DNA from: Eledone cirrhosa
Taxonomy: Eukaryota
Length of the DNA: 64,000 nt
Direction: 5' to 3'
NCBI GenBank assembly: GCA_964016885.1
Contig: OZ024741.1
Location: 157,170,001-157,234,000 of the forward strand
In this document: positions 30,051 to 42,000 of the stretch, piece after piece
Numbering within the stretch: position 1 is the stretch's first letter
Layout of the letters: the number at the start of each line of letters is the position of its first letter
Position numbers and translations under genes: made by a program
Notes under the pieces: generated by a model
Told to the model about the DNA's origin: nothing
Databases searched by the model: none
The model's input: only the letters and a program-made list of their open reading frames with translations

Positions 30051-30239
30051 CACCCCTTACTTGGTATAAATCCAAACAGCATCTCATCTAACTCAATTCT
30101 GTCACTAATTTTCATGATCTAGTCCATCTACTTAATGCCTTTCAAATTTATCTCTAGTGCATCTCCTTTGCTCTTGTAGCAATTTACAATGATACTTCTG
30201 AATCAGTCATTGGATATGACCACTTTCTGTACTACTTGC

Positions 30240-30659
30240 TTAACCCTTTAGCATTCACATTACTCTATATATATGAATTGGCAGTATCAGTAGAGGGTCG
30301 GACGCCAATCTTTGATGCATAGAGTTACGGTCCTTGCTATTCTGAGTTCAAATCCCACCAAGGTTAACTTTGCCTTTCATCCTTACAGGGTCGATAAAAT
30401 AAAGTACCAGTAATGCACTGGGTAATTGCTGGCCTTGTGCCAAAAGTAGAAACAATTACTCTATATATACTATTATATTTTCATGGAAAAGGCTTTACCT
30501 CACATAATTATCTCATATAATATCGAATTTATGAGATTTTGAAAGTATTTATTTTGAGAACAATACCTTAACATCAGTTTGAGCGACCAGTTTCAGCCAG
30601 TTTCAACAGAAAAAGGTAATTCTGGTCGGTTTTGGCCGGTTTGAACATTAAAGGGTTAA
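30240..30659. mobile_element. piggyBac-type MITE (TTAA-CCCTTTA ends) containing a nested SINE
   Basis: ttaaccctttagcatt ... aacattaaagggttaa. Same family as 33864-34092. Confidence 0.85.
30274..30454 (+). mobile_element. tRNA-derived SINE with a 15-bp TSD
   Basis: B-box gagttcaaatcc and body gcctttcatccttac.gggtcgataaa. TSD attactctatatata at 30259-30273 and 30455-30469. Confidence 0.9.
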
Positions 30660-31606
30660 ATATGTATTTAACTAGTGCATATCCTACCATGCCAGATGCT
30701 TTTAGCATCTCAGCAACTATACCAGATGGTCCAGCTGCCTTCCCTACCTTCATGTCTTTAATTGCTTTATCTATCACACTTTTGTCAACTTTTATAGTTT
30801 ATTCTTCAGTTGGGTCTGCATGGGGTAGGCCTTCACTGTCCCATTTATTCCCTTCATTCGGCAGCCTCTCATCTGGTGCTTTGGTACTGCTCCCTGTCAC
30901 CCTCTGTCCCCCAGTCTCTCCAGGCTTGTCTTTTTGTTTTTGTGACTCTATCTACCTTATCATTCTATCACCATGTCATCTTCCATCTTGTTGGGACCTT
31001 GCTCTAGCCACAGGCTTGGTTTGTGACTTCCAGCAGGTTGTCTCATATGAATTCCCAATTTTTTTGTTATATGTCTCCATCTCCTCTTCCTTACTGTCAT
31101 AAGCGTCAAGTATGATTTCTCTGAATTTGTTACCTGCAGGTTATCTTAGCTTCCAGCTCATCCTTCTCCAAACTGGCTTTTATCTATTAGTCCATCTAGC
31201 TCTTATTCTGAGGTCACTGATAACTAATCTATTTTGGAAAGGCTTTGGCATTTACAACCATTTGGGTGTCACATTTCTATTTGGCTTGTATGCTTCCCTG
31301 AGTGGTAGGTAGTCAGATGGCTGATTTGCTGGTTTCTTGAAGTTTAAAAAATACAAAGCAACACTCTGACTGGATTACATTAAAATTTAAAGCCTTTACG
31401 CCATGGCTGCAAATTTTCAAAACGATTGGTCCAACAGTAACGATATAAATATTGAATTAACAGGCTTTTTAGATATTTCTACAAAACCATTACAGGGTGT
31501 CAAGTGTTAAAAGATAAAAAGAAAGAAAATAGTAAGAAATATAAACATGAGGTAAGAATTTGGGAGGCGGCAAACTCTAGCTTCTTCGCTAAACAGCACA
31601 TCTCAC

Positions 31607-32023
31607 CTGCAGCCCCATGGACAAGAAAGTAAATGATTTCAAACGACAGCTGATATTAAGTTTATGTTTCATCTCACTAACTGTTTTCTTCTGTTCTGGA
31701 AAGTTCAACAACAAATGTGTTGAGAAGGAAAAATCACTGCTTGAAACAAACAGCAATTTGCCGACTAGTAGTTTCCATAACAACACCCAATCTCCAGTTA
31801 GAGTTAATAACTGTTGTAGTTGTGGTATTTGTGGTTGTTGTGGTTGTTGTGTGGTTGTGGTAGCTGTGGTTGTGATGGTTATAGTGGTGGTTGGAGTGGT
31901 TGGGGTGGTTGTGGATGAAGCTGACTTAATTATGTAATGACTAAATGTTGTCTCTATTTAATGTTATGATACACTTGGCAGCACCTTGTTAAGGTGATGG
32001 ACTGACAGTTTAATAATCTGATG
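31607..32023 (-). other. Candidate 5'UTR exon of the minus-strand gene
   Basis: Strong acceptor tctatatccccttccag|C and donor CAG|gtgaga. No frame is open across the whole exon. Confidence 0.45.
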
Positions 32024-32380
32024 CTGGAAGGGGATATAGAGATATATAAGCTGTTTGCATGTGCGTTGTGTATCACTAGTTAAAACATATATTTCTTTAT
32101 TAAAACTAACAGAAAATAATTACATCTCTATCTATATTATATTCTATGAAAATACATGACGCTGATTCAACACATTCTGCATATCGACTAATGCCATATA
32201 CCATCCACCCTCAATTTTCATGACTCCCTGTTGAAGACCATTCCTCATTTCCTGCCTACCAATGATCACGTATCATAATCATGCTATAAACCTAGCCCAA
32301 CTAATTTCCCCTCCCACATGCATACTAGCTACTTTGAAAATTTAACCATCCATGCAATTAATATATATATATATATATAT

Positions 32381-32630
32381 GGCTATACTTTGGGAGGATC
32401 ATGCTGCCAATAAAAACACATACGCCTGTTCGTTTTCACTTCAATTTATTACAAATTTCCAGTTGGTTGGTTTAATAAATGGATGGTTGTTTATTATTGT
32501 CAAATCTCTTATGTCACACATTCTGTGACCTTCTCAGTGACTAATTTGTTATTTTGTGTTTCCCTTTGTTCTGTCAGACACCATCTTGTTTTTGTATGTT
32601 GTGTGAGAGATTGACTTATTTGTTTGAAAA
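32381..32630 (-). mobile_element. Older copy of the Penelope-like 3' end with a decayed hammerhead (32499-32541)
   Basis: Homologous to 38155-38480. Stem II GTCACA/TGTGAC is kept but the core has mutated to CTGAGAA/ATAA. Adjacent to (TA)n. Confidence 0.8.
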
Positions 32631-32659
32631 CAAGATAGATAGACATGGTTATGAATGTT

Positions 32660-33485
32660 ATGTCCTTAGATACATATGGCATCAAAGATAATTGGAAGGT
32701 CTTACTTGACAACCTTCCACAAGCAACATACAAGATTTGGATTTGTGGGTTGATCAAAACACCAGCCAGAAAAAGGGTGGCCTGGTGGAGGAATAGGACC
32801 ATGGATAGAGCTGTTAAAACAAAGAGACGGGTGTGGAAAAATGGGGGTATTGAAGATCAATATCAAGTAGCAAAAGGAGAAGCTACACATAGCATGTAAA
32901 AAGGCTGAAAACAAGTGGTTTGCCAATGTCCTGCAGCATGAGGATTAGAGACACAAGGTGTTCCACATCACAAAGCAATGAATCAATGTGAAGCAGGATG
33001 TTGTTGGAGAAAAGTGTGTATGAAATAATACTAGTGCTCAAAAGAAAGAGGCCTGGAAATGCTACTATAATAGGTTGATCGATTTAGAGAATAAATGGGA
33101 AGAAGAGAAACTACCCCCAATTTACCCAACAGAAAGACCTGCTATTCAAATTAATAGATATAGGGTCAAAGAAGCAATCAAGGAGACGAAAAATGGTAAA
33201 TTTGCTAAGATAGTCACTGAGATGGTGAAAGCATCTAGGGAAGTAGGAGCTGAATTAGTCACCCACATAGTCAATTATGTAATACAGGATGGTGTTACAC
33301 CCAATAAATGGTGCAGCAGTATACCATGAATTGCTACAAGGGGAAAGGTGATGCTCTGGAAAAGAGGAACTACAAAGCATAACACTAATATAACAAGTTA
33401 TGAAAGTGATGGAAACAATTCTAGTGCAAATAATTAGGGAAAAAGTCAAGGTAGATGAGATGCAGTTCAGTTTTGTGCCAGGTAA
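32660..33485 (+). mobile_element. Decayed RTE LINE RT fragment
   Basis: VAWWRNRTMDRAVK, KEAIKETKNGK and DEMQFSFVPG, with stops. Confidence 0.75.
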
Positions 33486-33489
33486 GTGT

Positions 33490-34170
33490 ATTACACTGTA
33501 CCTGTGTCTGTGTTTCTATCCATAGTCTGGTTATTTAGTGGAATGGAGAAAGTAATAAAAGTTGATAGCAATTTGAGTAGTTATAGTGTGTCTCTCATAC
33601 TTTCTCAATACAACCTTATCAAATGTCACTGATAAAAGGTAAGTTCCTTAAGCCAATACACTGTTATGAGGTCCGGACCAGGGGATTTCCTGTCCAACAC
33701 TTTCTGTAAGGCTCTTTCCAGTATCGCATCATCTTTTTCATATTGTTTCATTCAACATGCTGGTAGTATCCTTGCTGTATGTCTTCTAGCCATACATTTT
33801 TGCATGCTGAACTCGTTGTTTGTTTCCCTTGCGGATCCCCTGTAGCCCTCAACCTGATCTTCTTTAACCCTTTAGCATTTACAGTAATCTATATTTACCA
33901 CTGTATTTTCATGGTAAAGGCTTTACCTTACATAATTATCTTACGTAATATCGAATCTATGAGATTTTGATATAATTTATTTTGAGAACAATACCTAAAC
34001 ATCAGTATGAGTGGCCGGTTACAGGCGGTTTGAACAGAAAGCAGTGAAAGAATTCTGGCCAGATATGGCCGGTTTAAATGCTAAAGGGTTAAAGGTGTCC
34101 TTTACAGATATTGAGCTGTTCACATGGAGCCACAATAGAAAGATTTGGGATATTTTGCAAATAATCTATT
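33490..34170 (-). mobile_element. R4/Dong-like LINE RT fragment interrupted by a MITE
   Basis: Minus strand KSPGPDLITVYWLKEL near 33650-33700. Confidence 0.5.
33864..34092. mobile_element. piggyBac-type MITE
   Basis: TTAA on both sides and a perfect 14-bp TIR ccctttagcattta/taaatgctaaaggg. Confidence 0.9.
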
Positions 34171-34289
34171 CAACATTTATCCTTTAGATGCTGTAGAATA
34201 ATATTTTAGTTTTTCGGATGTGGCTGTGAGTTCTTGTTTCACCGAATGCATTTTGGAGTTTAGGGTTCTAGATGTTGTATGAAATTGTT

Positions 34290-34885
34290 GTCTGTATTGC
34301 ATGTATGTATGTATATATGTATGTTTGCATGTTTGTATGTATGTATTCATGCTTGCATGTTTGTATGTATGTTTATCTCTTTCTCTTAATTTTGAGTATA
34401 TTTTTGACCGCCCACCTTCCTGGTGGCAAGGTTGTAAAAGAAAAGAAATTGTCATCCCTTGAATCGCAAGAATGTTTTGCAAATTTTGAAGGTGCCAGCT
34501 ATCGCAGCCATTTGTAGTCTATGAATTAGGGAGCTGCGCTCTTTGTCCACAAATCCAAATTCAGTTATACATTAGTCCAAGCGGGTTGGTATATAACCCG
34601 TAGCTCCAATAATGATGGGTATGAAGCTAAAGGTGTATCTTGGATACTGGATCTGTAAACACCTCATCAATGGTCCGTAGATGTCCTCCTTCTCTTGTAT
34701 TTTTCTGACAACGTTTACATCAAGTGGGCAGCTGATCTCCACAACAGACATGTTTTCAATGTGTGGTCCCAAACAACAATATCAGGCCGGTTGTGCTTTA
34801 ATTTGGTGGCAGTTTTTATTTTCAGGTTCCACCAGTATTCCTTAGTGCCATCTGTCTCAATATATTCTTCCTCGTTTGTTTTTAT
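34290..34885 (-). mobile_element. R4/Dong-like LINE 3' end with a restriction-like endonuclease, in (CATA)n
   Basis: KHNRPDIVVWD...VVEISCPLD...KEDIY...IPIIIGATG (PD-(D/E)xK RLE), flanked by CATA repeats. Confidence 0.8.
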
Positions 34886-36221
34886 GAATGTATGTATGTA
34901 TGTATGCATGTATGTATGTATGAATGTGTGTATGTCCATATTAATGATTCATGAACTACAGACTTACATTCCATTAAACTAGTCACAGCAGGCTGTAGTT
35001 TCACATAAATCATCAATTTCAACATTCATACATATACATAGGTGCATGTATACATAAATATATATGAATATGTACATACATATATACATACATACATTAC
35101 ATACATACATTACATACATACAATACATACATACATACATACATAACTAGTTAGGAAATTACAAGTAAAATCCATTAATGGACAGTAAAAATATGTAAAA
35201 CTTTCCAAAAATTTTGCATCTAATAACTGCATATACACATGTACAGATACAAAGCATATACACATGCACACATGCAACTCAAAACATCCACATCCACACA
35301 TACAATAACATCCATACCTACACATACATGCAGACATATCTACCTAGTTGATGTGTCAATTCCAATGGGAGAGTCTTGTGTCTATGTTAGAAACCGACTC
35401 TCTCTCTCTCTCTATTGGCAAAAATTTGTGAAATTATAAAACCAGAAGAACATACATGCATACATACACATACATACATACATGGAAAGTATGAGCAAAA
35501 TAAGGTTACTCCAACCACTCTGGTCTTGGACCAGGACAGCACACCCAACCCATGCCAGCTTGGAAAGCAGACATAAAATGATGATGATAATGATAAAGTC
35601 TGCCCCAAACTTGGTGGGTTAGGGTTAGGGTTAGCCAGAGCTTATCCCGGTTCCATTGGCGTTAGTGACTGAAAATACAAGCCTCCACACAGGTCAGAAT
35701 ACTAGTCTATCATTACAAAGTAAGCCCTCAGATGATGCTGGCACTAATTTTCCTCTGAGTAGTCTAGAGCAATGTGAAATGAAGATATATCCATAAAACG
35801 GTTGGCATGCTGTAAAGTTGTTGGTAATAGAAAGGACATCCAGCCATAGAAATCTTGCCAATCAAAGGGTTTGGAGGAGCATCAGTACTGAGTTGGCCTT
35901 TGTAGACCTGGTCAACCTTTGCTAGCTTGGAAAGCAGATGTTAAAACAATGAGAAGTTATTTCTATAATAAAATAAAGATTCCTATACTCTACTAATGTA
36001 TTAAGTACCTTTATTGTAGGAATCTAGCTAGTATATATATATACCCAAAAATGTATACACATATTTATTAGAATGCTCTTGAAATGTGTTTACATTTTTT
36101 TGGAACACAAAAAAACTCCAGTTGCATTTTCGATTTCATCTTTTTTTCTTATACTTTCACTCGTGTAGGACATCTCATTTTTTTTCATTTTAAAAAAAAA
36201 AACCTCATTTTCTTATATATA

Positions 36222-36795
36222 TCATCATCATCATCATCATCATCATCATCGTTTAATGCCCATCTTCCATGCTAGCATGGGTTGAATGGTTTTGTTCCTC
36301 TTGAAGCGAGATTGGTCAGGAGACCATGTCTTGCTCATACAGAACTGTCCCTGGCAGGTTTTCTATGGCTGGATGCCCTTCCTAACACCAACCACATTTA
36401 CAGTGTGGACTGGGAGCCTTTTTACTTGTCTCCTACAGGACCAATTTACAGTGTGGACTGGATGCTTTTTGTCATGTCACCGACAAGGCCACTTTGCAGT
36501 GGACAGAAATAGGAGGATGGAGTAGGGTGTGTGGGGTGAGGTGTAAATTGGGTTAAGAGGTGCCTTCTGACTGTAGGTTTAAGTTTGCATGCAAAGGAAA
36601 GCGAGTCTTCTGTACAATTGCATAGCGCCAAAGATATCAATCCAGTGACATTGTCTTAGAGAGGTATAGGTGAACAAGGTCAGTTTTTATCACCTCGTCC
36701 CAGGTTTTTCTTGGTCAACCCACTCCGTAGCTTCCATCAATTTTGATCACTCTGCACTTTTTTATACAGCTGTACGCATCACATGTCCATACCAA
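36222..36795 (-). mobile_element. RTE LINE 3' fragment
   Basis: (CAT)n tail and the shared RTE 3' UTR (ggatgcccttcctaacaccaacc). Confidence 0.8.
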
Positions 36796-36818
36796 TATAG
36801 ACAAAATATATCACTGTG

Positions 36819-36850
<32 letters not shown>

Positions 36851-37097
36851 AATATATATATATAAATATATGCAAAAGTTCTATTTAAAATTGTTGGGAT
36901 ACAACAAGTAAATATTTTTATAACTAATATAAAGCACTCGACAAGTATTTGGAGTAGATATACGATATTAATAAATGGAAACTATATTTATAAAACCATA
37001 TTTATTTCATTATACATTATACATATTTCAGGGATACCAAATATGTATAATGAAATAAATATGGTTTTATAAATATTGTTTCCATTTATTAATATTG

Positions 37098-37165
<68 letters not shown>

Positions 37166-37175
37166 CACATATATT

Positions 37176-37972
37176 CTAAGGCGGGTAAAATTCCCGAGAT
37201 CCATGGACAAGTTCTCTCCAGCGGTCTCTGTCCCTCATTATCGCTGCCATGTCCTGTGTCTCCAACAGACCAGTGTCTGTCCTTAGGGCATCAACATACG
37301 TTAACCTTGGTCTTCCTCTTCTAGTGTGTCCATGTAGGGGCTCCCAAAGGAGCACTGAGTGCAATGTCAACTCTGGATGTCGGTGAGGATGTCCAGCTAA
37401 CCTCAGTCTCCTCTGTGCCACTTTTGAGTTGACTTTGGGATGCTCCCATACAGCTCTGAGTTTTTCATCCTCAGTGTATACTGATTAATGTTCAGAGCCA
37501 TCCTCAGCATTCTCGTGTAGCACCCATCCACCATCTGAGTGAGTTTCTTGGTCAGTGTCCAAGTCTCAGACCCATACAGCAGCACAGACTCTACTACAGC
37601 AATGAAGAGGCGGATTTTCAGGTCTCTATGAAGGTCCGACTTCCACACCGATCTCAAGCTGTGGCACGCCGCTCAGGCCTTGCTCTTCCTCTCAACCATA
37701 TCATATTCCGTATTCCCAATCTTTGTTCCCAAATACAGGAAGCCCTCAACCAGCGGCCTTACTGTAGCACCGGCTCAGAGCAGGAGAGTTAGGGCGAAAA
37801 AGGTATTGGATGCTGAATTTGCCGACGACATAGTTTTGGTGACAAATACAGTGAAGGAGGCAGAGGATTTGATGCAGGAGGTTGAGACTGTTTCGATGAG
37901 TGTGGGGCTGACAATGAACGAGACTAAAACAAAATATCTGGTAGAGAATGTTGAGAAGCCAGAGGGGATCAC
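37176..37972 (-). mobile_element. RTE-group LINE of a second family with an inverted 5' segment
   Basis: Minus 37176-37750 encodes FLYLG..LLYGSETW..RRLRLAGH..GRP. Plus 37750-37972 encodes the upstream EFADD..GL.MN..KTK. Flanked by (TA)n. Confidence 0.85.
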
Positions 37973-38016
37973 ACACATATATATATACATATATATATAT
38001 ACATATATATACATAC

Positions 38017-38096
<80 letters not shown>

Positions 38097-38150
38097 CGTT
38101 TCTGAATTTGTTTGGCAAGATTATTTATCTGAAATCGTGTGTTGAAACCG

Positions 38151-39063
38151 ATATTGTTATACTTTGGGAGGGTCATGTTGCCAATAAGAAACACACGCAC
38201 CAGTTGCTTTCACTTCAATTTATTATAATAAATTTATAAATTTAGGAATTTATAAATTTCTGGTTGGTTGGTTGGTTCCACAACCAGATAGTTGTCTATA
38301 TATTGTCAAAGTTCTTTCGTCACACATTCTGTGACCTCTTCAGTGACTGGGGATTCTTTTCTTTGTTTTTGTGCCTCTCCTTTGTTCTGTCCTACGCCAT
38401 TTTGTTTCTGTGTGTTGTGTGTGCTCTGTCTGCGCATGCGCCACATCCGGGTGTCTGTGTGTGTTTATATTCGTTTATTTATTTGTTTATTTACATGTTA
38501 CCGGTTGGTTGTTTGTTCTATGTGCGTGTGTGTTTTCATTTTGTCTTTAATTGTAAGTTGTGATGTTGCTGTTCCACTCATATTTTCTATTTAATTTTGG
38601 TTGTAATTCTTTTATGTTTATTGCCTCTATGATTTGTCTAAACATTGCGTCTTTTCTGTGTGTAGATTCTATTTTTATTTCTATGTTCTCTAATTTACCC
38701 TTATGTTCTATTTTAGCATGTTGGTAGAGTACAGATGATTCTTTACTATCTTGAAAGTCTCGCCAGTGTTCATTTATCCGTTCCCCTACACTACGAGCTG
38801 TCTCACCTATGTACACTATATTTTTGTCTCTACATTGTCCTTCAGTACATCTTATGCTATACACTACATTTCTAGTTTTACAGTTAATATCGGGGCTTAT
38901 TTTACAGGTTATACATTTCTCATCTATACAGGGGGGTCTTTGAAAAGGGTATGTCTTGCTAATAAGTGTTTTTACGGAGGTACCTGGTCTTTCTACTATC
39001 TTAATATTGAGTTTATGTTTATCTAGGGCCCTTCTAAATTTGTAAGCTAATTTACCTCTAGGG
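38151..39063 (-). mobile_element. Inverted copy of the Penelope-like 3' end (linker, GIY-YIG, 3' UTR)
   Basis: Reverse complement of 41885-42782. ORF 38547-38864 matches ORF 42083-42400 except for one residue. Confidence 0.95.
38305..38347 (-). ncRNA. Minimal type I hammerhead in the PLE 3' repeat
   Basis: GTCA CTGAAGA G GTCACA gaatg TGTGAC GAAA GAAC TT TGAC. Confidence 0.7.
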
Positions 39064-42000
39064 TGAATTAACTAGGATCACCACACCAAGAGAGAAACTA
39101 ATATTTATAAACCTTATACGTCCTGAAGAACAGTACATAGCTCAAGAATGTGATAAGCACTTTAACAAGAAACTAAAGTGGCTTAAGCAGATAAAACTAA
39201 ATCAGGATACTGTAGAGAATACCAATAGATATCCCGACAAAATTGACGGTATAAATATGACCGACACCTCATTAACAGATGAGTTCAACAACAACAACAA
39301 CACAAATATATACGGCAACACGGCAATAGATCCTGATGAATTATCTGTATTACTTCTACCACCGAAATTTGCGACATTCAAGAAGGTAAATATGATTAGT
39401 AGTCTGTCAGAAATAAAAAAAATTATTTACATAATTACGTTGGAGCCTCAAAAACAAAAACAAAAGTAACAACATACGCACACACATATACAACACACAT
39501 CCCAACAACAACAGACACACAGACACAAACAACAATAACAACAACACACACACCAACAATAATAACATACTCAGAAACAACAACAACAGACACGCAGACA
39601 CAAACAACAATAACAACACACACAACAATAATAATACACACGGAGACAACAACAACAACACACATCAACAACAGCACACATCAACAACAACAACACACAC
39701 ATTCAATGCCTCTCACCACCACCACAATCTTAACAAACACACAGACACAGAAAACAAGTAATGACAGTAGCACAGAAATCACAGAAATAAGGAAAAGTAA
39801 TAGGATTAAAAGGAGAAGGGAGACTATGGACAAAGAAAATAACCAAGACGAACACACAGGCACACAAAATAGAGTAGATAATAACAATGAGCCAGTGGAA
39901 AGAGACAGGAGTAATAATGAGAGACATAGAAACAACCATGGGGCTGTTGGTGGAAATAGAAATAGAAACAACACAACTAACAATAACAATAGCACTAGTA
40001 CACATAAAGCAGCAGCCTGGAACTCTACTTTTTATAATCCCTCCGATAAGTCGTTCGACCTGCGACGAGTCCACGCCACGACTATACCATTTAACAAACG
40101 CACGCAATTGCCGTCGCAGGTCGATGAACAAACAGAAGCACAATTTAGTATAGCTAGATCCGAGCTTAGAAATATTATAGAACGGTATAGCAAGAAGCAT
40201 AATAGAATGGAGGCCCAGTAACTGGGAGAAAAATCTGCAAATGGCTTGCGTAAGCTCATGCAGCGCTCGCGTAATGGAGAGATAGCATGCTTTCCAACAG
40301 ACAAGTCGGGCAGAATGTCGGTTGACAGCCTGCCAAACTACATCCAGGCAATGCAACCCCACATCACTAACACAAGAGAGGTAACACCACAGGAGCATGA
40401 GGATAGAGAAAAAGCCCTCAATGCCCATATGGTGATGTGGACGAATATAATGCAGCCCAACAAAAGGACTGCCAACAACTTCCAGGCCTGGAACAATGAC
40501 GTGCCGGCGTTGTATGGGCTTCGAAAAGACCATAAAACGGGCAGTGACCCTGTCACGGGACCACCAACACGGCCAGTCTGTGGAGCTAACATTGCTAGTA
40601 ACTACAGACTGTCCTACTTCCTCTCCCTGATAATACGCCCCATCATTGAAATGTCCCCAGACGTATGTGACAGCACGGAGGACCTCCTCAGCAGAATCGG
40701 CGAGGGTAACCGATATAGGGACCTAACAAACTGCATAATAGGTAGTATGGATGTTGTGTCCCTGTATCCATCTATTGACGTGGATTTTGCTGTGGAGAAA
40801 TGCGTAGAAATGATCAGTGAGAGCAATGTTGAGTTCCGTGGGATTGATACCAGTGAGCTGGGACTCCTACTTAAACTTACCTATAGTAATAATTACCTAG
40901 ACACATATGACCTTAGCAACCTGTGCCCTACAAGACCAGCAAGAGGAAGACCACCTACCATTACCTCAATGGCCAAGAAAACCCACACAGATAGATGGAA
41001 CGGGTGGACCAGAGCCATATGGACACCCGAAAACCACGATGAACTGAAGAAAATGATTGCACATGCGGTAGGGGCCAGCATAAAATTAACCGTTAAGGAA
41101 CATATGTTCAAATTTAATGGAAAAACATATGCCCAAGAGGAAGGAGTAGCTATTGGTGTTAGCATTGCAGGCGACATAGCTAATTTATTCATGGTATGGT
41201 GGGACAGTAGACTTAAACTTAAACTTAAAGAACAATTAGAAGACTCCTTAACCCTGATAATGTACTCCCGCTACGTTGATGATATAAACATCGTAGTTAA
41301 GACACCCCCACTAGAGAACAGTCAGGAACTAGAGAAAAACAATGGAAAGCATCCAGCAAATAGCTAACTCCATCCACCAGAGTATTAGAGTTACTATAGA
41401 CTACCCAAGTAAACACCCCAACCATCGATTACCTGTACTAGACACAGAGCTCTGGTTAGATACCATTAATAACAAAAAAACAAATCCTCCATTCCCATTA
41501 TGCCAAACCCATGACTTCCAAACATCTGATCCACCGAAACTCAGCTGTTTCGGACCATACCAAAATCAACATACTGATTGCGGATTTGGTACGGGTGATG
41601 AGAAACGTGTCCCGCATGTGCAACCCCGAAGAACTAGCGAGACACATACAACACTTCATCCACCGTATGCAGTTCTCTGGTTATAATCAGAGAGATAAAA
41701 TCAGAGTGTATAGAGGAGCCAGAACCAAATGGGGAAAAATGGTAAATAATGATACAAATGGGACCTGCCCCTTGTATAGGAGCAAACTTTGGAATAGAGT
41801 AGAAAGTACTAGGAATAAGGCTAATAGAATAAACTCATGGTATGATAGCAATAAATACCAGAGTGTAATGTTCATCGATACAACCCCTAGAGGTGAATTA
41901 GCTTACAAATTTAGAAGGGCCCTAGATAAACATAAACTCAATATTAAAATAGTAGAAAGACCAGGTACCTCCGTAAAAACACTTATTAGCAAGACATACC

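Larger units (their letters stand above)
30130..31340 (-). mobile_element. Decayed RTE LINE split by a piggyBac-type MITE
   Basis: KAIKDMKVGKAAGPSGIVAEMLK on the minus strand. The sequence continues across the TTAA junction at 30240/30659. Confidence 0.8.

Noticed and set aside
21261-30087. Two 2930-aa minus-strand ORFs (poly-LVMF and VYGGGDVDVSVVI repeats)
   Set aside because: A by-product of a stop-free 39-bp unit, with no unique domain or supporting gene structure.
31617-31937. 106-aa + strand ORF with Cys/Val-rich tail
   Set aside because: Antisense reading of an (ACC/ACA)-rich low-complexity tract.
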